Source: Dokdonella sp.
GTDB lineage: Bacteria; Pseudomonadota; Gammaproteobacteria; Xanthomonadales; Rhodanobacteraceae
Assembly (NCBI GenBank): GCA_036758645.1
Contig: DAIOWG010000001.1
Coordinates: forward strand, 1 to 37,881
Length of the DNA stretch: 37,881 nucleotides
Direction: 5' to 3'
Shown: positions 20,634-29,686 of the stretch, one piece after another
Position numbering within the stretch: position 1 is the first letter of the stretch
Layout: each line of letters starts with the position of its first letter
Made by a program: the position numbers and the translations under genes
Notes under the pieces: generated by a model
What the model was told of the DNA's origin: nothing
Databases searched by the model: none
Seen by the model: only the letters and a program-made list of their open reading frames with translations

Positions 20634-20808
20634 GGTGGGGCCGCCGCTGCGCGGCTGCGTCCCACCCTGCGCCTGCGCGTCAACGGACCTTGTTCGCCGG
20701 TGGGTCGCGGTGCGTAGGGTAGGTCGCAGCGCGTAGGGTGGGTCGCAGCGCGTAGGGTGGGTCGCAGCGCGTAGGGTGGGTCGCAGCGCCGCAGGCGCGA
20801 GACCCACC
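20634..20808. repeat. GTAG-type REP doublet with a tandemly amplified 19-bp left arm
   Basis: Minus-strand REP GCAG-GGTGGGACGCAGCCGCGCAGCGGCGGCCCCACC at 20634-20670. Four 19-bp units GGTGGGTCGCAGCGCGTAG at 20699-20774. Complete hairpin GGTGGGTCGCAGCGCCGCAGGCGCGAGACCCACC at 20775-20808. Confidence 0.85.
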
Positions 20809-20819
20809 ATTGCGATCGA

Positions 20820-22706
20820 TCAGTCCTTCTCCCGACTCGCATCCGCGACCTGGGGAATGCGATCGGCGAGCACGAGTTCGCAGCGCGCGGACTTCCCGGC
20901 GCGCTCGTAGTCGATCGCGAGGCGAGTCCCGGCCGGCAGCTCGCGCAGTCGCTGGCGCCATGCCGGCAAACCGCGCGACGACACCGGCTGCGCATCGATC
21001 GCGGTGATGCGATCGCCTGCCTGCAAGCCCGCACGCCGCGCGGCGCTGTCCTCCGCGACGTCGGCCACCTCGAGGGAATCGCCCGCGCCGATCAGCCAGA
21101 GGCCGCTGCGATCGAACTCGTCCGGCTTCGCGAATCCGGCGTTCGGCGCGAGGTACATGCGCTTGGCCTCATAGTCGAACGCGACCGTGAATCGCTTGAG
21201 CACGCCGCCGCCGATGTTGCCCGCGACGTCCGCGCTCGCGAACGCGCCCTTGTTGCCGACGTACAGGTCGCCGGCGATGCCATCGATCGCGATGTCGCCG
21301 AGCCGCAGCGTGCCGAAGCGCGCCGGGCGGCCGCGCGAGGGACCACCGACGCCCCAGCCGACGACGGCGTCCGGCCCCGCCTGGTACTTCGCGACGAGCC
21401 CGTGCTCGCGCACGAACGGCGAGTGCAGCGTCAGCGACACGCGCGACCCGGTATCGATGCTGAGCCGCGCGGGCAGTCCGTCGAGCGTGCCCTGCACGAC
21501 CGGGATGCGGTCGGCAAGGTCGAACGGCACCACCTGCGCGTTCGCCGGCGGCACGAACTTCGCGTGCTCGACCAGCACGAGCTGCTTCGCCGCGTAGTCG
21601 ATCGTGACGCCGAAGCGACGGAACATCTCGTAGCCGACGAGGCCGTCGCTTTCGTGCCCTTCGACCGCGGCGAGTCGCCCGAGGTCCATGATCACGAACA
21701 CCGGCTGGTCGAGCACCGCGGCGCCGAGGCGCACCTCCTTCGCATGCGTGAACGCGACATCGACCAGCTCGTCGCCGACACCGCGCCCGGCGAGCTTGCC
21801 TTCGCCCTCGAGGCCGAACTTGCGCGCGGCAGCCGGCGTCAGCAGGTTCATGCCGCCGGTGTCGACGAGGAAGCGCGCGGGCTTGCCGTCGATCGAGCCG
21901 TTGGCATAGATGTGGTTGTTGACGAGGTCGAATGGCACGCGCGTGGCGCCGTCGGCCGCGGCGATGCGCGCGGTCGCGGTCATCGCGGGGGGCGCGAAGT
22001 CGGCGTCGGCGATCTCGACGCCGGGCACATGGCGGTCGATGACCGCTTCGACGCGGTTGCGCGCATCGGTTCGTCCGGCGGTGTCGACGACATCGGTGAC
22101 CGAGCGGAACGGCAGGCGCAGGCCATCGACCTCGCGCCAGTCGCCGAGCGTCGTGATCGCGGTGTCGGCGCCCTGCTTCTGCTCGATACGCACGAGCAGG
22201 TGGGTCTGCGCGTCGAACCACAGCGTGAGCGCGTCGCCGTCCCCTGGCGTCACCGTGACGACGTCGTGCGCGCGGCCTTCATGGGCGCGCCGTTGCGGCG
22301 CGGAGAGCTTCGCCGGATGGCGACCGGGATCCCAGTAGCCGCGCGCGTCCAGCCAGGCCTGGCTGCGTGCCGCGCGCAGCGCTTCGGGCGCATCGCGCCG
22401 GGCGACTTCACCGCCCGGATCGCGCGACCACGCGACGACGCCGTCATAACCCTGCGCGCCGTCGATCGGACCGAGCGTGTAGTGGCTCACCGATCGACCG
22501 GTCGCGACGTCCACGGTGGCGTCGTACGCGCCTTCGAGCCCGCCGGCCTTCAGCGTGCCTTCGGAGCGCAGCGTCTCGACGCGATCCCAGCGCGCTCCGC
22601 CGCTGGCGGCCTTGTAGCGCGCGAACACGTCGCCCGCATCGTCGGCGCGCGCGCCGATCGCGAAGCCGAGCAGCAGCCATCCGACTGCGATCACGTTGCG
22701 AAGCAT
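20820..22706 (-). CDS. Exported aspartyl protease with two retropepsin-like domains and a C-terminal PDZ
   Basis: AGGAG RBS and signal peptide; FLVDTGG and LSIDTGS catalytic motifs; DGLVG and GNIGG; PDZ segment SAARRAGLQAGDRITAID. Confidence 0.88.
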   Translation of the reverse strand: MLRNVIAVGWLLLGFAIGARADDAGDVFARYKAASGGARWDRVETLRSEGTLKAGGLEGAYDATVDVATGRSVSHYTLGPIDGAQGYDGVVAWSRDPGGEVARRDAPEALRAARSQAWLDARGYWDPGRHPAKLSAPQRRAHEGRAHDVVTVTPGDGDALTLWFDAQTHLLVRIEQKQGADTAITTLGDWREVDGLRLPFRSVTDVVDTAGRTDARNRVEAVIDRHVPGVEIADADFAPPAMTATARIAAADGATRVPFDLVNNHIYANGSIDGKPARFLVDTGGMNLLTPAAARKFGLEGEGKLAGRGVGDELVDVAFTHAKEVRLGAAVLDQPVFVIMDLGRLAAVEGHESDGLVGYEMFRRFGVTIDYAAKQLVLVEHAKFVPPANAQVVPFDLADRIPVVQGTLDGLPARLSIDTGSRVSLTLHSPFVREHGLVAKYQAGPDAVVGWGVGGPSRGRPARFGTLRLGDIAIDGIAGDLYVGNKGAFASADVAGNIGGGVLKRFTVAFDYEAKRMYLAPNAGFAKPDEFDRSGLWLIGAGDSLEVADVAEDSAARRAGLQAGDRITAIDAQPVSSRGLPAWRQRLRELPAGTRLAIDYERAGKSARCELVLADRIPQVADASREKD

Positions 22707-22751
22707 CCAGGTTCTCCTCGTCGATGGCGGGCGCGCTTGCGGCGCGCCCGC

Positions 22752-22784
22752 GTTGATTGAATAATTGCACTGAATTTCAACAAC
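22752..22784. promoter_or_regulatory. AT-rich imperfect inverted repeat between the divergent protease and HTH genes (candidate operator/promoter)
   Basis: GTTGATTGAATAATTGCACTGAATTTCAACAAC, with TTGAA...TTCAA and GTTG...CAAC arms. Confidence 0.5.
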
Positions 22785-22797
22785 GGCAACCCAACCT

Positions 22798-23394
22798 ATG
22801 GCACGGACAAGGCGAGGCGCCGAGATCGAGGACGCGCGCGAGATCGCGCTGCTGGCCTCGCCGACGCGGATCGAGATCGTCGACACGCTCGAATCGATCG
22901 GGCATGCGGTCAGCGTGGCCGAACTGGCGACCGCGCTCGGGCGACCCGCGGACGGGCTCTACTACCACCTGCGCCAGCTCGCCGCGGGCGGGTTGATCGA
23001 AGAGGAGGCGTCGCCTGAGGGCAGGCGCTATCGCACGCGGTCCCGCGCGAGCGACCGCCTGCGCCTGCGCTACCGACCGGGCAGGACCGCGAACGCGCGC
23101 GAAGTAGCACGCGTCGCCGCGAGCGTGCTGCGCGTGGCAGGGAGGGATTTCGAGCGCGCGATCGCAGACCCCGCGACCGTGGTCGAGGGTACGCAGCGCG
23201 AACTCTGGGCCGCGCGCGGCAAGGGCTGGGTCGGCACGGGAGAACTCGCGGAGATCAACCGCCTGCTCGCGCGCCTGATGGACCTGCTGCAACAGCCGCG
23301 CAGCGCGAAGCGCGACCGACTCGTGGCGCTGACCTGGCTGCTGGCCCCGCTCGAACCGCGCCCTGCCCGACGCGGGCGGGAGACCGGGCGCTGA
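22798..23394 (+). CDS. ArsR-like winged-HTH transcriptional regulator
   Basis: LASPTRIEIVDTL...SVAELATALGRPADGLYYHLRQLAAGGLI. Confidence 0.88.
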   Translation: MARTRRGAEIEDAREIALLASPTRIEIVDTLESIGHAVSVAELATALGRPADGLYYHLRQLAAGGLIEEEASPEGRRYRTRSRASDRLRLRYRPGRTANAREVARVAASVLRVAGRDFERAIADPATVVEGTQRELWAARGKGWVGTGELAEINRLLARLMDLLQQPRSAKRDRLVALTWLLAPLEPRPARRGRETGR

Positions 23395-23461
23395 GGGCGA
23401 TCGTCCTGTCCAAATCCATACCGTGGAGCGCACAAGGCCACGCCGAACGGCTTGTGCGGAT

Positions 23462-23494
23462 CCGTTCGCGCCGAGCGCAGCGACCGCAGGCCGC
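23462..23494 (+). repeat. Degenerate copy of the CGTTCG-CTGAGCG repeat family
   Basis: CCGTTCGCGCCGAGCGCAGCGACCGCAGGCCGC, nearly the same as 28914-28946. Confidence 0.6.
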
Positions 23495-23545
23495 CCGTTC
23501 TGCGTGCGCTCGGTGTGCCCCGCGTCCGGTGTTCCCGATGGCTCC

Positions 23546-25783
23546 TCAGTCGAACCCGTCCGCGAAGATCACGTTGGCGTGTTCGCTCCACCAGACCAGC
23601 AGGTCGCGCAGTGCGAGCGCGTGGTTCTGCGCAGGCGGATCGCCGGCCTGGTTGTCGCCGTTGATGCCGTGGCAACCGTCGCAGGCGCGGATCTCGCCGG
23701 GCTGCACGTTGATCCAGTAGCGCTCGCGCACGACCGGATCGCCGGCGGGCGTGAGGCTCTGCCAACTCATCGCGCGCTGCGCGGGCACGATCGCCGCGAT
23801 CGAGCCGTCGCTGCCGATCTTGACCGCGCCCTCGGGCGCACCCGGCGCCGGCGGCATGAACGCGAGCGCGGACGCCTCGTGCAACGGACGCGCAAGCACG
23901 CGGCGACCGTTGCGCGGGTCCTCGGTGCCGCCCATGCCGCGCAGCAGGTCGGCCTGGAAGAACTGCATCCACGCGATGTCGCGTGGCGGCCCCGCACTGC
24001 CCACCGTCTGCACGCCGCCCGGCACGCGCAGGTTGTAGGGCTGCTGGCGGTCGGCATCGTCGCGTGCGGTCACGTTGCGGCTGACCAGCACGCCGAGCCC
24101 GCGCGCGCGCAGGAACGCGCGGAACGCCGCCGGATCGACGCCCGCATCGGCGAACACCTCCGCTTCGGATGCGTGCAGGACCGGCTCGCTCGTCAGCGGC
24201 GGCACCGCGCGCGGGCGCACCTCGACCGCGGACAGCTCCCACAGTGGCCCGTCGTAGCTGACCAGCACGTCGGGATCCCAGTACGACACGCTCTTCTCGA
24301 TGCCGGGCGTCAGCGCCTCGACCGGCGTCGCCGTGCCCGCACCCAGTTGCAGCCGCTGCAGGCGGAATGCATAGGGCGACAGCGGATGCTCGCGCGTGCC
24401 CGCGTTGTAGGCGTACTGCCAGGCATCGGTCCACGATGCGACGAACTGGCCGTCGGAAAGCGGCAACGGATCGCGGTAGCGGCCCGGGAACGACGCGGGC
24501 GCGCTGTCGTAGAGCCCGCGCGCGCTGCGCGGCGCGTGGTAGGTGATCACGAGGTCGTCCGCGTTCGCACTCGGCGCGGCCTGGATCGACACGAGCTGGC
24601 CGGAGGCGTGGGTGTAGAACTCCGGCGCGTCGATCGCGTAGTAGCGCCCCGCGAGCGTCGGATCCTCGGCGAGCTGCAGCATGTTCTCGACCGGATTCGG
24701 ATTGGTGCGTCCGGAAACGTCGTCGATGAACTCGTCGAGCGCCGGGTCGTCGATGAAGCTCTGCGGGAAGTAGTCATGCAACTCGTGGCGACCGACATGG
24801 TTGAGCGTCTCTTCGACGCTGCCGTCCTGGTTCAGCATCCACGGGAAGAAGAAGTTGAAGCGGTGGCCGTTGAGTCCCGAGCCCGGCACCGCCGTCAGCG
24901 CCTCCGGGTAGATCTCGGGCGCGCGCGGGCCGCGCGCGGCATTCGCGGCTTCGCTCGCGTAGTCGAACGTGCCGTAGACCGACGGCTGGCCCTCGCCTTC
25001 GGCCTCCGCATCGGCCGCGGCCTGCTGGTCGGTCTGCAGGTGGTCCCAGCGCGTGAACAGTACGCGCCCGAAGCTGTCGATGAAGGGTCCGAACGAACCC
25101 GAGGGGGAGTGCTGGAGCAGCGTCAGGCTGCCGTCGGGCGAAAGCTTCCAGAGTCCGCTGGTGGAGTGCGTGGATTCGTATTCATCGAGCTGCGGATACA
25201 GGTGGCGTCGGCCGTCGCGCGGGCGATCGCTCGCGAAGACGATGCTGCCATCGGATGCATAGGCGGGCTCGACGTTGTTGCAGTCGGCCGGCTGGCCCTG
25301 GACGCGCGTGATCGCGACCGTCTCGCCCTGGCCGAAACCGGTCGCTTCATACAGCTGCCAATACCATTCTCCGACCTGGTACTGCGCGGTCGGCGCGCCG
25401 ACGAGCATGCTGAATACCGCGGTGTCGCCCGCGAAGTTGACTGCGGGATCGCGCACCGCGATCGCGTTCGCGCCCTGCTGGCCCGCGTTGCCGTAGCCGG
25501 CTTCCTGGGTCAGGTTGCGGCGGCTGCCGTCGGGATAGCGGATCCACAGATCGCCGCCGCGCGCAACCGACTGCATGCCACCGTGATGGTTCGCGAACAC
25601 CGACCCGATCGTCGCGAAGTCGCCCGGCACCGGCACCTGGGTCACGAACAGGATCGGATTCGGCAACAGCGCCGGCGCGCCGGCCTGTGCCGACAACGGC
25701 GCCGCCGGCCACCCCGCGAGCGCACAGAGCAACGCGAGCGCACAGGTCAGGCGCGGATCGAAACGGCTGCAACGCTTGGACAT
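23546..25783 (-). CDS. Exported HzsA-related protein (TolB-like propeller, hydrazine-synthase-alpha middle-domain-like region, single CxxCH)
   Basis: Signal peptide; VRDPAV, DGSIVFASDRPR and GRVLFTRWDH repeats; DGSIAAIVPA...WINVQPGEIRACDGCHG; terminal NVIFADGFD. Confidence 0.75.
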   Translation of the reverse strand: MSKRCSRFDPRLTCALALLCALAGWPAAPLSAQAGAPALLPNPILFVTQVPVPGDFATIGSVFANHHGGMQSVARGGDLWIRYPDGSRRNLTQEAGYGNAGQQGANAIAVRDPAVNFAGDTAVFSMLVGAPTAQYQVGEWYWQLYEATGFGQGETVAITRVQGQPADCNNVEPAYASDGSIVFASDRPRDGRRHLYPQLDEYESTHSTSGLWKLSPDGSLTLLQHSPSGSFGPFIDSFGRVLFTRWDHLQTDQQAAADAEAEGEGQPSVYGTFDYASEAANAARGPRAPEIYPEALTAVPGSGLNGHRFNFFFPWMLNQDGSVEETLNHVGRHELHDYFPQSFIDDPALDEFIDDVSGRTNPNPVENMLQLAEDPTLAGRYYAIDAPEFYTHASGQLVSIQAAPSANADDLVITYHAPRSARGLYDSAPASFPGRYRDPLPLSDGQFVASWTDAWQYAYNAGTREHPLSPYAFRLQRLQLGAGTATPVEALTPGIEKSVSYWDPDVLVSYDGPLWELSAVEVRPRAVPPLTSEPVLHASEAEVFADAGVDPAAFRAFLRARGLGVLVSRNVTARDDADRQQPYNLRVPGGVQTVGSAGPPRDIAWMQFFQADLLRGMGGTEDPRNGRRVLARPLHEASALAFMPPAPGAPEGAVKIGSDGSIAAIVPAQRAMSWQSLTPAGDPVVRERYWINVQPGEIRACDGCHGINGDNQAGDPPAQNHALALRDLLVWWSEHANVIFADGFD

Positions 25784-26009
25784 GGAACCCCCTGCTGGCT
25801 GATCGGATACCAACGCGCGCGGGCGGCGCAACGAACGTTTCCGCGGCGATGGTCAATGCTCGTAACGAGGATCGGGTGGAAAGTGGGACAGTTTCCCGAG
25901 TCGTGCCGGCGCAACCGTGACGGCGTTCGCGCCATCCGCGTACGGCCGGTCACGATCGCATCCGCGGCCCGGGCCGCTACACTGGGCGGCCGCCGTGCCG
26001 GAGAGCGCC

Positions 26010-26606
26010 ATGAAACCCGAACCAGAAGCCCCCGTGACCGCCGCCGAGGCCGAGCAGGCCGTGCGCACGCTGCTGCGCTGGGCCGGCGAGGATCCCGCGC
26101 GCGAGGGGCTGGTCGACACGCCCGCGCGCGTGGTGCGCGCCTACCGCGACTGGTTCTCGGGGTATGAAATCGATCCGGCCGAATACCTCGGCCGCACGTT
26201 CGAGGAGGTCGCGGGCTACGACGAGATGATCGTGCTGCGCGACATCCCGTTCGAATCGTTCTGCGAGCATCACATGGCGCCGATCATCGGTCGCGCGCAC
26301 GTCGGCTACCTGCCGACCGACAAGGTCGTCGGCATCTCCAAGCTCGCGCGCGTCGTCGACGCGTATGCGCGTCGCTTCCAGGTGCAGGAGAAGCTGACCG
26401 CGCAGATCGCGCATTGCATCGGTCTCGTGCTGAAGCCGCGCGGCGTCGGTGTCGTCGTCGATGCGGTACACCAGTGCATGACCACGCGCGGCGTGCACAA
26501 GCGCGGCGTTTCGATGATCACGAGCCAGATGCTCGGTACATTCCGCGAGGATGCGCGCACGCGCGCCGAGTTCCTGCGCTTCATCGACATCGACAATGGG
26601 CGGTGA
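26010..26606 (+). CDS. folE: GTP cyclohydrolase I
   Basis: [44 protein letters not shown]. Confidence 0.96.
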   Translation: MKPEPEAPVTAAEAEQAVRTLLRWAGEDPAREGLVDTPARVVRAYRDWFSGYEIDPAEYLGRTFEEVAGYDEMIVLRDIPFESFCEHHMAPIIGRAHVGYLPTDKVVGISKLARVVDAYARRFQVQEKLTAQIAHCIGLVLKPRGVGVVVDAVHQCMTTRGVHKRGVSMITSQMLGTFREDARTRAEFLRFIDIDNGR

Positions 26607-26783
26607 GGGGAGGGCTGAGGGCTGAGGGCCGGGAAGAGCGGCACCGGGCATCGGCGTCGCGCCGGCGCCTGCCGGGGTCGGGTCACTGTACTTCCGGCTA
26701 CTCGCCATTCAACGGGTCGAGGGGTGCACCGGGACGACGCGTTCTCCCAATTCAATTCCCTGTTCACGATTCCCCATTCCCGG
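26607..26783. repeat. Short heptamer-type simple repeats in the folE-MFS spacer
   Basis: GAGGGCT-type units right after the folE stop. Minus-strand GGGAATGGGGAATCGTGAACAGGGAATTGAATTGGGAGAA at about 26742-26781. Confidence 0.4.
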
Positions 26784-26818
26784 TATCGTGCGCGCCGCAA
26801 CCGCGCCGCAGGATCAGC

Positions 26819-28123
26819 GTGAATCCGTCCCTTCCGACCGGACCGCGGCGCGCCGCGGTCGTCTTCATCTTCGTCACCGTGCTGATCGACGTGCTGTCGT
26901 TCGGCATCATCATCCCGGTGCTGCCGCATCTGGTCGAGCAGCTCGCGGGCGGCGGCATCGCGCTGGCCGCGATGTGGGTCGGCCTGTTCGGTACGCTGTT
27001 CGCGGCGATCCAGTTCGTCTGCTCGCCGATCCAGGGCAGCCTCTCGGACCGTTACGGACGGCGGCCGGTGATCCTGCTCTCGAACCTCGGCATCGGCCTC
27101 GACTTCGTGTTCATGGCGCTGGCGGGCACGCTGCCGCTGCTGCTGATCGGGCGCTGCCTCTCGGGCATCACGGCCGCGAGCTTCACGACCGCGAACGCGT
27201 ACATCGCCGACGTCACGCCGCCGGAAAAGCGCGCCGCGAGTTACGGACTGCTCGGCGCCGCGTTCGGCATCGGCTTCATCGTCGGGCCCGCATTCGGCGG
27301 GCTGCTGGGCGACTACCACGTGCGCGCGCCGTTCTGGGCCGCGGCGGTGCTCGCGCTGGCGAACTTCTGCTACGGCTACTTCATCCTGCCCGAGTCGCTG
27401 CCGCCGGAACGGCGCAGCGCGCGCTTCGACTGGCGCCACGCCAATCCGTTCGGCTCGCTGCTGATGCTGCGCCGCTACCACGGCGTGTTCGGGCTCGCGA
27501 GCGTGGTGCTGATGAGCAATCTCGCCCACTATGCGCTGCAGAGCGTGTTCGTGCTGTACGCCGATTACCGCTACGGCTGGGGCGCGCAGAAGGTCGGCTA
27601 CACGCTCGCGCTGGTCGGACTGTGCAATGCGATCGTGCAGGCCTGGCTCGTGCGCAAGCTGGTGCCGCGCATCGGCGAGCGGCGCACGCTGCTGGTCGGA
27701 CTCGTGTTCGGCGCGCTGTCGTTCCTCGTGATGGCGTTCGCCGGCAACGGCCCCCTGTTCCTCGCCGCGATCCCGATGCTCGCGCTGTGGGGCCTCGCGG
27801 GGCCCGCGACGCAGGCGCTGATCACGCACCGCGTCGATCCGCACGAGCAGGGGCGCCTGCAAGGCGCGGTGTCGAGCCTTGCGAGCCTCGCGGGCATCTT
27901 CGGGCCGGCACTGTTCACGCAGGTGTTCGCCTTGTTCATCAGCGACCACGCGCCATTGAGTCTGCCGGGCGCCCCGTTCCTGATGTCGACGGCGATGCTC
28001 GCGGTCGCGCTTTGCGTGGCCGTGCGCGTGACCGCCTCGATGCCGCGCCACATCCATTCCGGGGCGCGTGCCTCGACCGAGGCCGCCGCGCTCGACGAGA
28101 CCGTCGCGCGCGACGCGCACTGA
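26819..28123 (+). CDS. TCR/Tet-family (DHA1) MFS transporter
   Basis: IFVTVLIDVLSFGIIIPVLP, motif A GSLSDRYGRRPV, AYIADVT, GFIVGPAFGG, LPESL. Confidence 0.92.
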   Translation: MNPSLPTGPRRAAVVFIFVTVLIDVLSFGIIIPVLPHLVEQLAGGGIALAAMWVGLFGTLFAAIQFVCSPIQGSLSDRYGRRPVILLSNLGIGLDFVFMALAGTLPLLLIGRCLSGITAASFTTANAYIADVTPPEKRAASYGLLGAAFGIGFIVGPAFGGLLGDYHVRAPFWAAAVLALANFCYGYFILPESLPPERRSARFDWRHANPFGSLLMLRRYHGVFGLASVVLMSNLAHYALQSVFVLYADYRYGWGAQKVGYTLALVGLCNAIVQAWLVRKLVPRIGERRTLLVGLVFGALSFLVMAFAGNGPLFLAAIPMLALWGLAGPATQALITHRVDPHEQGRLQGAVSSLASLAGIFGPALFTQVFALFISDHAPLSLPGAPFLMSTAMLAVALCVAVRVTASMPRHIHSGARASTEAAALDETVARDAH

Positions 28124-28218
28124 GCGAGCCGGCCGGTGGCACGCCCGCGACCGGCCGGGTGGCGGCGAGACCCCCGCATCGCGACAATGCGACTCCTCCC
28201 CCGAATCAACCTGCTGCA

Positions 28219-28926
28219 ATGCGAACGATCGGCCTGATTGGCGGCATGAGCTGGGAGTCGACACTCCCCTACTATCGCATCGTCAACGAAGCCACGCGCG
28301 AGCGGCTCGGCGGGTTGCATTCGTCGCGCCTCGTGCTCGTCAGCGTCGACTTCCACGAGATCGAGCGGCTGCAACACGCGGGCGACTGGACCGCCGCCGG
28401 CGCCTGCCTCGCAGACGCGGCGCGCGCGCTGCAGTCGGCCGGCGCCGATTTCATCGTGCTCTGCACGAACACGATGCACAGGGTGGCGCCGGCGATCGAA
28501 GCTGCGGTCACGATCCCGCTGCTGCACATCGCCGACGCGACCGCGGCCGCGATCCGCGCCGACGGGCTGACCCGCGTGGGCCTTCTCGGCACGCGTTTCA
28601 CGATGGAGCAGGCGTTCTACCGCGAGCGCCTCGAGCAACGGCACGGCATCGAGGTGATCGTGCCCGACGAGGCCGATCGCACGTTCGTGCACGCGGTCAT
28701 CTACGAGGAACTCTGCGCAGGCCGCGTGCTCGACGCGTCGCGCGACGGCTATCGACGCGTGATCGCCGGCCTGGTCGCACGCGGCGCTGAGGCCGTCATC
28801 CTCGGCTGTACCGAAATCGGCCTGCTGGTCGGCGACGACGATGCGGCGGTGCCGCTCTACGACACCACGCGCCTGCATGCACTCGCCGCAGTCGATCGCG
28901 CACTGCCCGGATTCGGTTCGCGCTGA
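28219..28926 (+). CDS. Aspartate/glutamate racemase family protein (YgeA/RacX-like)
   Basis: MRTIGLIGGMSWESTLPYY, LCTNTMH, LLGTRFTM, ILGCTEI. Confidence 0.94.
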   Translation: MRTIGLIGGMSWESTLPYYRIVNEATRERLGGLHSSRLVLVSVDFHEIERLQHAGDWTAAGACLADAARALQSAGADFIVLCTNTMHRVAPAIEAAVTIPLLHIADATAAAIRADGLTRVGLLGTRFTMEQAFYRERLEQRHGIEVIVPDEADRTFVHAVIYEELCAGRVLDASRDGYRRVIAGLVARGAEAVILGCTEIGLLVGDDDAAVPLYDTTRLHALAAVDRALPGFGSR

Positions 28927-29029
28927 GCGCAGCGGCCGCAGGCGGCGGAGTCGAAGCGCATGCGCGCCGACGTTGCGACGCGATCGGGCCCTTCGACTCC
29001 GGCCTTCGGCCTGCGCCCAGGGCGAATGG
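28914..29029. repeat. Inverted pair of CGTTCG-CTGAGCG...AGTCGAAG palindromic repeats
   Basis: Left arm CGGTTCGCGCTGAGCGCAGCGGCCGCAGGCGGCGGAGTCGAAGCG. Right arm, reverse-complemented, CCATTCGCCCTGGGCGCAGGCCGAAGGCCGGAGTCGAAGGG. Confidence 0.75.
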
Positions 29030-29066
29030 AGATGGGGAGCGCGGCGGCCTCTCGCGTCCGTTCGCG

Positions 29067-29675
29067 TCAGTCGTCGTACTTGACCGAACAGCCGTAGGGT
29101 TCGGTCGTCGCGACGCTGACCGGCTTGCCGGCCGCGATCTCGGCGAGCGCCTGGCGCGCGTACTGCGTCGCTTCCTTGATGTCCTCGACGTCGGCGCTCG
29201 GGATCGAGTCGATCGCGCCGTTGTAGCGCAGGATCCCGTCGCGATCGATGATCGCGATCTGCGGGGTGGTCTTCGCGGCGTACGCGCGACCGACCGATCC
29301 GTCGCTGTCGAGGAGATACGCGGCCGGCCTGGCCCCCTGCTCGGCGACCCAGGCTTTCGCGGCCGCCGCGTCGAGGTGGCCCTGCTTGCCGGCCGCGCCC
29401 GAGTTCACGCTGAGCCAGACCACGCCGGCCGCCGCGGCCTCGCCCTGTTGCGCCTGCATGTTGCCGGCGCCGTAGTGCTTGCGCACGAACGGGCATTGCG
29501 GATTGTTCCATTCGAGCACGACGATCTTGCCCTTGTAGTCGGCAAGCGACTGCGCGCGGCCGTCGCTGTCGGTCGTGCTGAATGCGGGCGCGGCCTCGCC
29601 GATCACGGGCTTGGCGAGCACGGGGCCGACGAAGGCAAGCAGGGCGCTGGCGACGAGGCAGGTCAGGGTGTTCAT
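29067..29675 (-). CDS. Exported redoxin (thioredoxin/peroxiredoxin-like) protein
   Basis: GGAG RBS and signal peptide; GKIVVLEWNNPQCPFVRKHY, YAAKTTP, YNGAID, PYGCSVKY. Confidence 0.9.
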   Translation of the reverse strand: MNTLTCLVASALLAFVGPVLAKPVIGEAAPAFSTTDSDGRAQSLADYKGKIVVLEWNNPQCPFVRKHYGAGNMQAQQGEAAAAGVVWLSVNSGAAGKQGHLDAAAAKAWVAEQGARPAAYLLDSDGSVGRAYAAKTTPQIAIIDRDGILRYNGAIDSIPSADVEDIKEATQYARQALAEIAAGKPVSVATTEPYGCSVKYDD

Positions 29676-29686
29676 GGCGTTCTCCA

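Noticed and set aside
20699..20808. 19-bp repeats as a CRISPR array
   Set aside because: The units are contiguous with no spacers, they are too short, and no cas genes are present. They are the left arm of the adjacent REP.
23546..25783. Evidence for anammox or hydrazine synthesis
   Set aside because: There is a single CxxCH, no hzsB/hzsC, and the context is heterotrophic Gammaproteobacteria-like.
26819..28123. Acquired tetracycline resistance gene
   Set aside because: There is no tetR and no mobile context, and codon style is host-like. Family membership does not fix the substrate.
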